From assembly GCA_946965045.2 (NCBI GenBank), contig OX337229.1:5022001-5086000 (forward strand): DNA of 64,000 nucleotides. The letters run 5' to 3'. Shown here piece by piece: positions 10,871 through 24,100 of this stretch. Source of the DNA: Epithemia pelagica. Taxonomy: Eukaryota; Protista; Bacillariophyta. Every line of letters starts with the position of its first letter. Positions within the stretch are counted from its first letter, which is position 1. The notes under the pieces were generated by a model that made no database searches, was not told the DNA's origin, and was given only the letters and a program-made list of their open reading frames with translations. Position numbers and translations under genes: made by a program.

Positions 10871-12046
10871 TCAAGCAAGCCCCACAGTTAGTCCTACTCC
10901 CAACATGGCCCGGTACTGTTCAAGCGATATACCAGCCTCACGCAGACGCTTTTGAATTTCATAGTTTTCTTCTGCGGCGGTACGAGGACGAGTCGTCCGC
11001 CTTCCACGAACTCTGATCGTATCATCGGAAGTGGGTTTGTGCATATCGGAATCTTCCGGTCTCCATGAAACTGGTCGATAGTCAGACCCACGACCAGGCG
11101 ATTTCGAAAGGTCTCGACCCTTTGGGTTTCCACCGATGCTGGCTCGTCTTAACCTGGACGGTGTTGAGGTCGTCCTTCCGGGAGATTTGGCTGTTCTTTT
11201 GGGAGTCGGTTGTCGTTGGCTCGTTTGTCCACCAGGCTTTCGAACGATTGCAGGTGAAGTCGACCTAGCACGCCGTGTTGTACTCCTTGCACGCGGAGTA
11301 GTCGAGCGGGGAGCGGATTTCTTCATGGGTTGTGTACCGTTTGTTCCCAATGAAGAAGCTTGGTTCTTCTCGGTTGATATGAGATTTTGTGCCACACGTT
11401 CTCCACTAACGCTTTGAGTGGGCTTCTGCTCCATTCTCCATCGCCTTACCGCTTCATCCACTTCCTCTGCACGTGTGTCCTTGTTGATCTTGATACCGAG
11501 ATCACTTGCTTTTATCTTCGTTGTACGTTGCGGGGAATTGGCAGAGGACAAAGTCGACTGCTTTAGTAAAGGTTGCATAGTCTCATTGCCGAAGGAGGAG
11601 TGCATCCTCCTCACCATCGAGGACTTTCTTGGACCATTCGCAACAGCTCGTATCTCTGTGGAACCCGTCCGTGGATTCCAAACGGATTCACTAAGAGCTG
11701 AAAACACACTGCTGTTATCAGCATCTCCTAGAATATCACCACTGCTCCCATTGTAGTTCATGTTAGGTACAGATTTGGATAGAGCTTCACTGGCTTCAGG
11801 CTGTGATCTACCAGAATTGACAACTTTCATCATGGTTCGTTGTGCTCGTTGACCATTCTTGGCCGTCGTAGATACGATCTCGGTCACACGTGAGGCATTA
11901 GTGGCACCAGAAACTGACTTTTGCTTCGTGAGCTGCTCCAGTTGCAAGCTTCCATCGTCTGAACTCAAGGACCTACTGTCAGCATTGTAGGAGGATCCCT
12001 CTGTAAATTGTGATGGCCTTGTTGTAGAACGCGGAGTCGTCATCAT
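10871..12046 (-). CDS. Hypothetical S/T/R-rich, probably disordered protein
   Basis: 391-aa uninterrupted ORF, divergent from the formin gene; no recognisable domain. Confidence 0.6.
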   Translation of the reverse strand: MMTTPRSTTRPSQFTEGSSYNADSRSLSSDDGSLQLEQLTKQKSVSGATNASRVTEIVSTTAKNGQRAQRTMMKVVNSGRSQPEASEALSKSVPNMNYNGSSGDILGDADNSSVFSALSESVWNPRTGSTEIRAVANGPRKSSMVRRMHSSFGNETMQPLLKQSTLSSANSPQRTTKIKASDLGIKINKDTRAEEVDEAVRRWRMEQKPTQSVSGERVAQNLISTEKNQASSLGTNGTQPMKKSAPRSTTPRARSTTRRARSTSPAIVRKPGGQTSQRQPTPKRTAKSPGRTTSTPSRLRRASIGGNPKGRDLSKSPGRGSDYRPVSWRPEDSDMHKPTSDDTIRVRGRRTTRPRTAAEENYEIQKRLREAGISLEQYRAMLGVGLTVGLA

Positions 12047-12576
12047 CGTTGTTGATTCATTTTGAATTCGTCATCTCAAATCTCGAAGAAAAAATGAAAA
12101 GACTTTACCTCTTACAAATGACTGACCACAATAATGTGGGGGTGGGGGGTGGAGGTGGAGTCCCCAGTTTCAGTTGCGGGACAAAAACAGCCGCGCTCCA
12201 CTGTGCTTGCGTGCGTGAGTCGTCGCCGGCCGTCCCATTTATTATCCGTACACGTGTAACTGGCCTATAAATTTCAATTGCCTCTTGTTCACAACACAAT
12301 TGCGAATGAAACTACTTAGGGATCATTGTATTCATGTCGGTATACAATTTATAGGGTGATATTCGAACAGAGAAAGTAGGAACGGAAGGCGAGTCATCCG
12401 ACTCCCCTTTCTCCGTATCTCCACACATGTTTCTATTGCATGGAGTTGAAGAGTTGAATCGGCGACATTCGTGGTTCGGGGAAGCGAGACAACAAAGCTT
12501 CTTCCAACCTTCTAATTGTCTACCATACTACCTAGGTAGGCCAGCGTCGTCTCTGTCATTGCTTTCAGCCTTCACC

Positions 12577-15500
12577 ATGAGTCATCTTTCAAACAGAAGA
12601 GACCCTCCAAGCGCAGCTTCAATAGTCTTGTCTAATGAATCAACTCCAACTTTTTCTCTCAACGCCCGACAACTCGCAATACGTTCGAATCGGGAACGAA
12701 ACAGAACTGAGAATGAAAGCGAATCTCGCAGACCCTTTAGTACCCGATCGAACCGAAGTAAGGCGGGATTTGAGAATTCTGAAAACAGAAACGAAACAAG
12801 GTCGCTGTTTTCGGAAAATTATGCGAAATCACGTCATTCTGCCGAATCCGGTGCAAGGAGGTCATCGACTGTCGACGATGGAGGGTTGCTTCGGAGAACA
12901 CTAGAACAGGCGTATCACAACTCTCAGCAATCCGATCAGAGTCGTGCTTCATCGCACCATACAGTATCATCTTTTGTTAACACCGAACGACGCAATCAGC
13001 ACACTACCAACAAAAGTCGAAAGACGAAGAAAGAGCCCGAGGAAACCTCTATCAGGATCATACGGGAAGACCCCGAAGAGAGTAAACCAGCCAACAACAC
13101 GATTGAACAAACGCAGAATTTTGATAGAGTCGCAGCGATCAGAGAAGCTTACTTTCCAGACACGGAGGATGATCCTCGTTCTGACCTAGGTCACTCAGAA
13201 ACGCGCGCTCATCATCCCACCATAGGAGGCAGCACCAACACTCTCTTATCAGCAGGAGATGTGCCTAACCGAAGCCCAGGAGAAATGGAGCAGCCGGCGA
13301 TTGTCGAGACCAAATCAGACAAATCAGTTGGATCCTCCGTTCGAAGGAAACTAGAGGACAAGAAGCGACAAGGGCAGATAAAAACGAAACAAAAAGGGAA
13401 TTCGTCCACAGCAACGAAAATTTCAGACAAACACAGTCAGAAAGAGATGACCCAGGGCAAACAGAGTAACGAAAAAACACGACAACTTATCCAGGAAAAG
13501 ATGCGTCAAAGGAAGGGGATTGCAGGAAGATCTCGCGATCAAGCAGTGACCGACGAGGGCTTTGAGACTTTTTGTCGAACTCTACAACATGAAGCAACAA
13601 TGTCCAATTCACAGGTAAGTCAATTTTCTTCTGCTGATGAACAGAATCGGCCAAACTGGCGTTCTAACCAAGCTCTTTCCTATTTAGCTCTGGCAAAGTT
13701 TCTCCGCTTTGATGGAGGGTAGAAAACCTCCAGTTGTAACTTCCAAAAAGATCGGAAAAGGGTACAAATTCGACGCGACTACACGAGACTTACTTTCAAC
13801 AATGAATTCTCATCTACGGGGGCTCAATCAGGTTGAGTACCGTAATGAGACACAGCTTGTAAACGACAAGACATTGGAGAAACAAATATCCCGTAGCGGA
13901 CATTCCTTTTTGAGGGCTACTCCATTTCAGAGCCGCTTTGTCTCGAGAAGGAATGCCGCACGGAAGAAGGAGAAGTCTAGCGTATCTGCCTCCAATCGCC
14001 ATAGAAAACAAGACAAAACAATCGATCCCCAACCTAGCGATGAAGCAAATGACCAATCTGCAGACCCACCAAAAGTAGACAAGAAAATACAAAAGGTGAA
14101 AACACCCAACAGGAGATTGGAGGCCATTGCAGCAGCAAAGAGGAGTCTCAGTGCCATTCGAGCAGAAAAGTCCGCGACAGAGAGTCTAGGATCGTCAGCT
14201 GTCATGGAAGACACATCTAGCCAAGGCGTCGAAGCACTAGAAGTCACTCTTACAGACTTTGAAAGCCGGGCTCAGCCGGAAACACAACAAGAGAACCTTA
14301 AAGGAGAATCTGGCTTTCCTTGGACAACAGTGAAACTTCGTTCAGTAGCAGAGGACTCCTCCGAGGAATCGAGCAGCGATAAGCGACCAACATGGGCTTC
14401 TCTCACCCTGAGGAAAGTAAAGCCAAGCGGAGAGCCGATCCGGGAAACTGCCACGGCCGATACTTCAACGATTGATGAGAATGATGGAGATCATGTCGAA
14501 ACCAGCGTAGGAGAAGCCACGTTAAGTGAGAAACCAGCTCACACAGCATTACAAGCCAATCAAAATCAGTTGATCGAAATCATAGATGTGGAAGCGTCTC
14601 ATCATGCACTAAACGACGCTGCCATATCTTTCAATCAACAAAAGGGTCCCTATAAAATTACGACGTCCCCTGCACGAGTTCAAGCCACATCGACAACACG
14701 AACCAAGGAGCAAGTAGTCTTCAAACTTCGGAAAAACAAAACGAGTGGCCAAGAACAAAATCTTGTAATTCGACACAAGATAATAATGCTTGTTACGCCC
14801 CCACACGCTGACCACCCGGCAGATGTTATTTGGCAAACACCTTTGGAGAATACAGAGCCTTTGGCGTTCGATGCACCCAACCAACTCGTCAAGCTAGTGT
14901 CAAAGGACATTGGAGAAGAAAAAGAGCTTCAGTTTTTGAACACCTCTGACTGCATGCACTTTATGAACTTCTACTATCAAAACCATGGAAGCAGTGGAGA
15001 AGAAGACGTGATGGAGTCGATTGCTGAAAACGCCGAGGACGACTTTGCAACTCTTCGAATGGAGTGTATAAACGACGAAGAAAGAAGTCTTCTAGAAAAG
15101 TTCAGATCATTGCCAAAGAATGAAAAAGAGGCACTGCACGAAAAGATTACACACGAAGAGTCGGGGTCAAAGCCGATTTCTCTTGTCGAGAGCAAATTCC
15201 ACTCCAGATTAGATTTAGGAGGAGTCCTGAGCGCACAGCTTTCAGGAAAACACTTTCCTGAATACATCTCAACTGCAGAAATGCCAACAAGCCCGGTTTC
15301 CTCGTTTTCTGCATCGATCGTCCTGTCTGACGCTGATTTGGGGAAAGCTAAGGTGTACCAGAAGCTTCTCAAAGTTGGGGTACCTTCCGAGGGGGTTCTA
15401 GACAAAATGCAGAAAGATAATGTTGATCAACGTGTGATCAATTTTGTCTTGAATGAGCAGAATGAAAGTGAACTTTCGGCTGAAGAACAAAAGACCGCGA

Positions 15501-18500
15501 CAAAATACAAGAAAATGCTTTCGGTAGGTCTCCCTATGGAGGCCGTACGCCATAAAATGATACAAGACCAAGTACCGTCGAAAATCATCGACTATGTTGA
15601 AAACGGAATCGCTGCAGTACGCAAGGATGAACCCAACACTACGTTGACACGGGAAGAGGAAGAACTTGCCACCAAATACCGCAAGATGTTGAAGATTGGT
15701 CTCGAAACTGATGCTGTACGCCACCGAATGATGAAAGATCAAGTTGCTGAAAAGATTGTTGCGGTAGTGATAGGACAGGAACATGTGCAAAAATCGAACG
15801 ACAAGCCGATGGAAGATAAGCCAGCGACACAGAGCTTACAAAAGAACAATGGTCTCTCCAAGGAGGAAGAAGCACTGGCGCAACAATATAAGCGTCTGTT
15901 GAAACTTCAGATTCCACGAGGTCAGCTTGAAAGTCGAATGCGACACGAAGGAGTCAATGAAAACGTGATTAATCATGTTCTGGGCGTACAAGCCGGAAAT
16001 TCAAGGAAGACAAATAATGCTTCAACGAACGCTCAAGGAAGTAATTTGGTGTCGCTACATTGGACGCCGTTGTCGGGTGATCAGCTTGACAACAGTGTAT
16101 GGAAAGCAGCAAAGGCGCTCAATACCGAAGCTGCCGATCCATCGAAACTCGTAGAATTGTTTCAGAAGAAGCCAAAGAAAAGTGCCAAGGTTAAAGCTAC
16201 AGGCCACGATGACGTCAGTTTGGGTACGAAGGCTCGATTGATAGACCTGAATCGGTCAAACAATGTCGCTATCAGTTTGAAGTCTTTCAAAGACTTCACC
16301 TTCAAAGAACTCTCTGATATAATTATGTTCCTGGACCCCTGCAGGAAGCTGCAGGGGGAAAGAATACCTTTCTTGCGAGACCTCTTGCCAACACAAACTG
16401 AAATCAAAGCTGTTTCAGATTACACCGGTACGGACGACAGACTCGTCCCTGCAGAACTTTGGTTTAGGCAAATCGCTAAAATCAAACGTATTGACGTAAA
16501 AGTCAAAGTCATGAGGACAATGGAAATGCTTCAAGTGGAAGCAAGAGAAGTTGGTGAAAACCTCAGATTGTTCACGCGTGTATGTAATCAAGTCATGGAC
16601 AGCGAAAAGCTCCAAGATATATTGGCAATGGTTCTCTTGATTGGGAACATGCTGAACGAAGGAACACGGAGTGGACGAGCTGCTGGTTTCAAATTCGACT
16701 CATTGCTCAAGCTGACTCAGACAAAAAGCACCGACGGTACAACCACGGTTCTAGACTACCTTGTTACTCTCTATGCCAGCAAAGGGGAGCGGAATACTTT
16801 GAACATAATCGCTGACTTCCCGGAGTGCCAAACTGCAAGTCGTATGCTTCTTTCTGACCTTACCATGGAGGTGAAGTCAATCCAGGAATCTCTCGACCAG
16901 TGCAAAACGGAGTTGGACAGTCTGAAGAAAGACGCTACTCGAAGAAAGGCGCAAGTTGTTCAACCTGGAGGGCAAGGGCAAGATCCAAAGTTAGCTTTGT
17001 TGACGGAAATAACTAAACGACAAACAGGAAATGATCAAGCCGTTGACGTGAACGGGAGCGAACAATCGTCCAAATTCCAGGATATGCGGCAAGGAATACG
17101 AGAGACTTCTGTCGCCCCAAGTGTTTTCAGCGAGATTTCGCGCTTTGAGCGCTCCGACAAAAACTCAATTTACGGGGCAATAGATCGTCTTGAAGAGTTC
17201 ACGAAGGTCGCCAATGTTGCCGTATCCGATCTGGAAAATTTGAAGAAAAAGGCAATTACTGCTTCCCAAGAACTTTCTAAGTTCGGTGGAGAGGGGAGAA
17301 ATACTAGTGCGACATCGATGCTTCTGGATATTCTCTTTCAGTTTGCGTCCAATTTGGAGTCCGCCCTGAAGAAATATGACAGCAAATGTGCTGCAGAAGC
17401 GAAGCAGAAGAAAGAGAAGCCCACACCCATCGAAAGTGAACATACAAAGGCTTCGGCAAGACAACAGAGTCCTTCCGAACCTGTCCCACCAGAAAAGTCC
17501 TTGGTTCTCATGGTGAACAATATGCTGAAAAATGCCAACGAAGCGACGAAGGAAAATTTCCGAAAGGGTCGTTTTGTTCATAATCCAACTTCTGAGATGG
17601 AGGCAATCTATCAGCGAGAAAGTGAGGTCGCCGGACCTAAAAGTGAGAGGAGTGGAAGAGATCTCGCCAATGTTATCAAGGAGAAAAGCGAAGGAGTTGG
17701 CCATGAAGATGTTCAAGACGCTCGTTCTAAGTTCGGAAGCCCCACTTTACCTGCTTGTGAATCATCCACAACTGGTCCATCTCTACCTTTGCCGCCATGT
17801 CCCGAAAAGAGTATATACGGAAGCAAATTGCACGATCGCTTGAATATTTCTACTCCTGAAGACAACAACAAAGAGGAAGGTAAATCACCAGACAGCAGTT
17901 CTTCGTCTGTTCTACAAGCTGTTATGAAGTTTGAGGGTCGACCTTGTCCTGAAATGAGGCCTAAGGCTTCAAATTCAATTGGTTCTGCTCGCAAAAATGG
18001 AAGCCAGAAATCTCAGGTGGATACGAAAGTTCTGGAGGAGCAGAGAGATAAGATACACGAGATTGTAACGGATCCGAATAAAGGAAAGCACGAAGCGTCC
18101 GCTGAAGCGACACTCTGTAAGCATGACGAAGCCCTCGAGAACGAGGATAGCGATATGATCGGTAAAGAAGAGGATGCGGACTTGTGCCCTCCGTCTTCAC
18201 ACGCATTGGAAAACAGTTCAGACATGGTACGGTCTAATCTTTGTTTGGCTGCCCCCGAGAAGAAATCTGAAAACACGGGAAACGATCGCAAACCAGCGGA
18301 GGAAGAAAAGAAACACGTTTCCAGCTGCGACGAAGAACAACGAGAATCTGAAGAAGTTGACTCACTCCATCCAGGCTGTGACAAAGACAATGAAGAAAGT
18401 CGCACTGACGAGGAAAAGAAGGAAGTCGATTTAGTCGATACCACAGACATTCCTGATTCATCGCCAAGCACAGTTTTGGATACTGACGAGGAAAAGAAGC

Positions 18501-19678
18501 AAGCCGATTTAGTCGATACCACAGACAATCCTGATTCATGGCCAAGCATTATTTTGGATACCCCTGCAAATCCGGAGTTAGGGACAGAAAGTGCGACAGA
18601 TGAACTCTCACCGAAATCCCATGGATCCCATTCGACAAAGAACGAGCACCCTTATGTAGAACAAAGAAAAACTCCAGATGAATCCAAGGACATCGCTGGT
18701 ATGGCTAAGTCAATGGCTGGAGAAGTGCAGAAACCTGATTCACCAAAGGGTCAGTTTGAAAGCACCATATCCCCTGACAAGTCTATTCACGAACAAACTT
18801 GTCTCGGTGACGACGCCCTGTGTAAATCTCAATCAGATGAAAACTTGCAGGAAAGCGATATATCATCTTCTCACCCGAAACAAACCGCTAAAAGAAACGA
18901 TGTTGTTGATGAAAACTTTCTTGGCACAGCGGAGTCAGGTTTAAGTGAACAGCAACATGATCCATCGAGAAGTGAAGGTACCACATCTGAAATACTGAGC
19001 GGAAGTCAGATGGCTCAGCATGTAGAAACCATACACACACAGTTGCTGGTGAATGAAGCATCTAGCAAATGTGCCCCCTCGAAGGGTAACAAAGAACAAA
19101 CTTCACCTGAGAAGGTTTTCGATCTGAGCGGCTCCACGCAACGTTTGTCGTTGGCTCGGGAGAACTCACCTCTGAGGGAAAGACTGCTATCTGGAAACAG
19201 TATCCAGCAGGTAGGAGTGAATAGGCGTGGATCGACTGGAGAAGTAAAAGTTATCATGGAAAAAGCGCAAACAATGCGCTCAAAAAAGCAAACCGGTAGG
19301 CGGGACACAGGTGAGACAACTTTATCAGCGCCTTCTGTTTTACTCCATACACAGCCTTTCATGGCGAGAAGAGCCAGTAGATCTGCTTCAACCAACGTGG
19401 ACACTGGTACGGAGAAGAAACCATCGGAAGCAGAGACGTCGGCATCGACTTTTGAACTTCTGGCGCGAAAGCGACGTTCTGAAAAACATGATATGAAAGA
19501 TGCCAGTGGTAAAAACGGAATAGGCAGGACGGAACATATGAATGATTCTACCGAGCCACAATCGCAAGTGGACAAGAGAAGAGTTTCTGAAAGTCTCATC
19601 CCTCGTCCGTCGAGAACAACGCACTTTGAAAAGAGAGCACGAGAGCTGAGAGACGCAAAAAAGAGTCTTGGGACTTGA
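12577..19678 (+). CDS. Formin (FH2 domain) with four CCDC53-like helical repeats; 2 exons (intron 13615-13687)
   Basis: FH2 motifs VSLHW...LDNSVW, LIDLNRSNNVAISLK and LLIGNMLNEGTRSGRAAGFKFDSLLKLTQTKSTDGTTTVLDYLV. A 73-nt GTAAGT...TTAG intron joins the two ORFs in frame (NSQ|LWQSFSALMEG). Confidence 0.9.
18404..18560 (+). repeat. 78-bp tandem duplication (2 copies) in the formin C-terminal tail
   Basis: TDEEKKEVDLVDTTDIPDSSPSTVLD / TDEEKKQADLVDTTDNPDSWPSIILD; period 78 nt. Confidence 0.9.
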
Positions 19679-19968
19679 TTTTGATATAATTATGTAGGAT
19701 TAAAAATACAATATCTCAGCTGTAAATGTTACCCAACACTTACAAACTGTGGTCCTTAGGAGTAGGTTCATAATATATGAATTCCCAGGAAAATAAGTAC
19801 TTCTACTCTTATCTACCCATTGGAAGAAGTAGCTAACAGTTGAGTTCCAGGAATACTCCTAGCGAAGGACAGGGATAAAGGAGTAATGTGATGCTATGAC
19901 GCGATAGTGTTGAAGGGACGATGTTGATCATAACCACAGCCAACTGATTTGAATCTGACGTTGATCAA

Positions 19969-20637
19969 CTAGACCACGCGGTAGGAGTCAATGACTCGAT
20001 CAAACAGTCCGCTAAGTTCTGACTTGTAACGAGATTCGGGCGATTGTGCAGTGATTGTTACCAACACAGCTCCTGCACCTCCTGTGGCACCTTGACGCAG
20101 AGTGAAAATGGTCCTAAAGTGCGTGGTCGGTTGAACGTTTGGAACAGTCTGCACATAGTCGAAGAAATAGGCTTGCTTCGCCGAGACAGCCGAAAGCATT
20201 TCTGCCTCGACATCAAATCCTGCGATCTTCCCCTTTGGAAGTATTGTCTGCGATGCAACTTGATCAACATTTCCGAAACTTCCTAGTGAAGTAAAGTCGT
20301 CTCGAACTGGCGTAAATGCGATGAAAATGAGGCTGTCGGGGCTCTTTGGATCTTTCCACATGTTCAATTTTCGACGGTCCGGTAGTTGCTGCACTGATGC
20401 TTCCCACTCTGTAGGGACATCAACTGCAATTCCTGTAGCTTCGTCTTGAAATGTTTGAAGGGAAGCAGAACCAGGGGCCGCCAGCGCAGGTCTACGTTGC
20501 GCCAAGGCCACTGCCGAAAAAGATCCACCGGCAGTAGCAATGGCAGTTCGCCGGTCCACGGCAGGGCCCGACCAGGCGCTGCATGGGTATGGCAGACTAG
20601 AAGTAAGACCAAGGACGATAAGGATGCTTTTCATCAT
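19969..20637 (-). CDS. PsbP-domain thylakoid lumen protein
   Basis: Signal peptide ending CSA|W, RR twin-arginine-like lumenal signal, and PsbP fold motifs FQDEATGIAVDVPTEW, DFTSLGSFG and LVTITAQSPESRY...VIDSYRV. Confidence 0.8.
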   Translation of the reverse strand: MMKSILIVLGLTSSLPYPCSAWSGPAVDRRTAIATAGGSFSAVALAQRRPALAAPGSASLQTFQDEATGIAVDVPTEWEASVQQLPDRRKLNMWKDPKSPDSLIFIAFTPVRDDFTSLGSFGNVDQVASQTILPKGKIAGFDVEAEMLSAVSAKQAYFFDYVQTVPNVQPTTHFRTIFTLRQGATGGAGAVLVTITAQSPESRYKSELSGLFDRVIDSYRVV

Positions 20638-21126
20638 ACTGACAAGACGTTATGGAGAAGCTGAGCAAGTCAATGCAATTGTGGACTGAGCACAATCATC
20701 ACAGAAAAAGGCTTTCAGGAAAGCGGAAGGAAAATCTTTGACGAAGAGAACAGCAGGTTCGGAAATATCGCGCCGGCGGTGTCAGCGACATGTTCATGCT
20801 TTGCACCCCATCACGCCAGCCAACCATCATCGATTGGCTCGTTTGGGAAAATGCCCACGACCCGCGACCGAAAACATGAGCGGGTCTGGAAAGATTATTT
20901 AAATGGTTATCTAAACTAAGTAGGGATCAATTTATATTCGCATCTGAATATTTCCAATGGAGTGCACGCGCGCTTTCCACTCGCATGGTCTTTTCTCCTC
21001 ACATTATGCCCACATTTTTTCTCACAAAATTCATTCCATACTGGTCACATTCAGTCGTCCCGCAGAAAACAGCAACCTAAAGACATCACACGAATATCAG
21101 ACAGAGACTCCTTTCCATCAAAAGCC

Positions 21127-24100
21127 ATGGGAAACGCTCCATCAGCTCCAGAAGAACCGGAGCCAATTGCTCCTTCTGAACGTCCAAGCAACAGGATTCC
21201 CAAGGATTGGAACAATGGACAAAATTTTGTGATGATCTCTCCGCAGTCGGATCTATCCAATCCCTCTCAGTTTCGTCATCGCCTGAGGGAGGGCCATGGT
21301 GCTTACCCCGTTCATCCAGCTCTTCAGACAACGATGACATCGAGACCGCACGCGCCTCGACAAACGCAGAGACGGTCGGGTAGCGCGCCTCCACCTCCAG
21401 CCAAGTTCTACTTTGAGCAAGAGAACCAGCCACAGGCTATCATCAATAAGCGAGAAAATAGAAACAAGAAACCAGAGCCCATCAAAAAGTCAGAAAAGTC
21501 TAAAACGAGATGGATCACTCAAAAGAAAATCGCTGTGAAGAATAAAGCCCGGCGAGCAAAGCGCGTTTTCAAAGGATGCTGGGAAGACCAGAAAGAAGTC
21601 CTGAATTCGATGCAATGTTGCGCACGCGAGAAAGATCCTGAACACGAGCGACTCCCCTCTTATTCTCCCAGGCGTCGAAGCTTTGTGCAAGACTACCAGT
21701 CTGTTCTCAAAGAAGGAACCGTCAAGCATGACGTTGCGCAGCTGATTCTTCCTCTGAACGATGAAGATAGAGTTCAGACAAGGCTTCCGATGGGACTAAA
21801 GAATGATATGAAACAGAGCGAGCGAGGATCGCAAAGATTCCAACAAGAAGACAGCAGCCCTCCGTTAGATCGTGAGCCCTTGACCAGACCATCTGATAAA
21901 CGAAATGATGTAGCTGCGTCTCACCCATACAGAGAACCGACGTTGAAGGAAGTCATGGCGCCGCAAATGGCGCTTGATCCACAAAATTCTCCACCCAGAA
22001 AATCTTCTGGCTCTCGTCCAGCTGTAGCCAAGGTTCGAGATGAAATAGTACATGTCGAGTCTGAAGTGAAGTCTATGAAAGCGACGGGGAAACCCGACAT
22101 AGAGATCACTAAACTCAGTGGGAATGTTCTTGCCAAATGCAAGTCATACGAAGAAATCGCCAACAAGGAAAATACAAGGCGAGAAAAGGGATTTGGATAT
22201 GAAACCAAGAGAGGACACGGTAAGTCTTTGGCTACTGGGTATACAAAAACAGTAGAAAGACGATCGTCTTTCCCACAAGCACCAAAAACTGATGAATATC
22301 AAATACAAGATGAAACAGCGGCCCCGTTAATGCCTTCGACAATTAAAAATGCCAAAGTGTCTTATGAGAAAAAAGATACCATGGGAAAAGAGACGGCATA
22401 TCTACATACAAAGGAACCTTCTAAAACGGATGATACTGATACCTCCGTTGATCGCAATGAAGGAGATAAACGTCACATCCAAGCTTATCTTGATGCCGAG
22501 GGAACCGAAAAAGACGAAAATAGAGACGTTCAATGCGTTTTACAGGGCTCAACGATTCGGCAGATGCTGCTGCAGACCTATCGTCTCCCTGGATCGGAAG
22601 AATCGTCGAGTGTCGATCGACCAAGACAGGACGAGACCCTCGAAACGGGCAAAATCATTCCCTTACTCATGGCACAGAGCCCAGCTTCCATCACCGGACC
22701 TCAAACGCCCGAAAGCAACTCTCGAAAACAGCTTGTATCAAGGCAAGCTATCCAAAACGCAACATTCCTCTTCTCTCCTAGCTACGCAGATGGCGATCAA
22801 GAGTTATTAAGAATTCCTGCTCCGCATAAAGGCTCGACTCCTTTTGCCATATCCACCGCTTCTTCTCAAAACCGTCTGGTATCACGACCACGGGCTGATC
22901 CACAAGAATGCTTTCCAACTGAAGCAGATTCTACATCGTCTTCAGCAAGAAGGGTTCGATTCTCTGCTTCGAGCGTGTCGTTGAAGTCTCAGAGTGGAGA
23001 ATACAAAGAAAGAGCAAGTGAAACATCACAGCCTTTGGATATTCAGGTACATTCCATCCCTCGAAGTCTTTCGGATCTAAGCGACAATACGGCTTTGGCA
23101 AGAGAGAGTGCGTCCTCAATTCCGGCAGCAGGTTTTCGGGGGATCAAGCCCATTATTGAAGAGGAGGAGGGAGATGGTGCGATTGGTGCGAATGAATCAC
23201 ACGAGTCGTACGACCCTCCCTGTAGCGTCGATTCCCCACCCGAAGAGGATGAAGAAACACAAACTGACGACGACGTAGACCAAGCGAACGAAGAAGAGCA
23301 ACGTGACCCCAGCTTCCCTAGCACCATGGAATATCCAACAAACTGGTCTTATGCCGTCGACATGGACAATGGGGTAACACCGTTACGGGATGGTAAGTTC
23401 GCAAGCAACGCGACACATTCTCCCTTTTTACGCTTTAAGGAAGCCAAGAAGAAGTTTTCTGGTGAAAGTGATGCAAATTTGAGAGAGGAAAAACGCGTCA
23501 GCGATGATGGTAACCACGAAGTTGGTCTAGTCCGCAGCCGTATCATAGCGATGGAGGAAATGTCATTTCAATCAAAGCACTCAAGAGAGACCAGCAATGG
23601 TCATAGCCGAACCTCAAGCCGTGAGACCCTGAAAAACGCCTCCATTTCGAGTAATCCAGCACGTGACTCGTTCCCAAAGCAGACTGCTACAAGAAAACCG
23701 AGCTTAGTTTCAATCAGCGATGGAAGTGTAGCGATTTCTCATACAACGAAAACAAAGGATACCCGTGGTGGTAGAATGAGTGGTGAGAGTGGTTTCAAGG
23801 CTGCAAGGAGAAGTAGTGCGACAAACGGGACTAACAGAAGTCACAGTGATGGGAATGGAAGCAGATCACAGATGCCAAGAGGCGCGAACAGTATCCGCAT
23901 AAGTGATCATAGCGCCACAAGCAAAAGAAGCACTAACTCAAAGTCTAGCTTTGTTGGCGGTCATTACCAAAATCAAAACGTGATCCTATTATCAACCGGT
24001 TCCCAACCTACATTGTCGAAACGGAGAAGCTCACACAGCCACAAGTCTATCAATTACGAAAGGGAATCAATGGGATCACATTCCTGCGGCTCGTTCTCAG

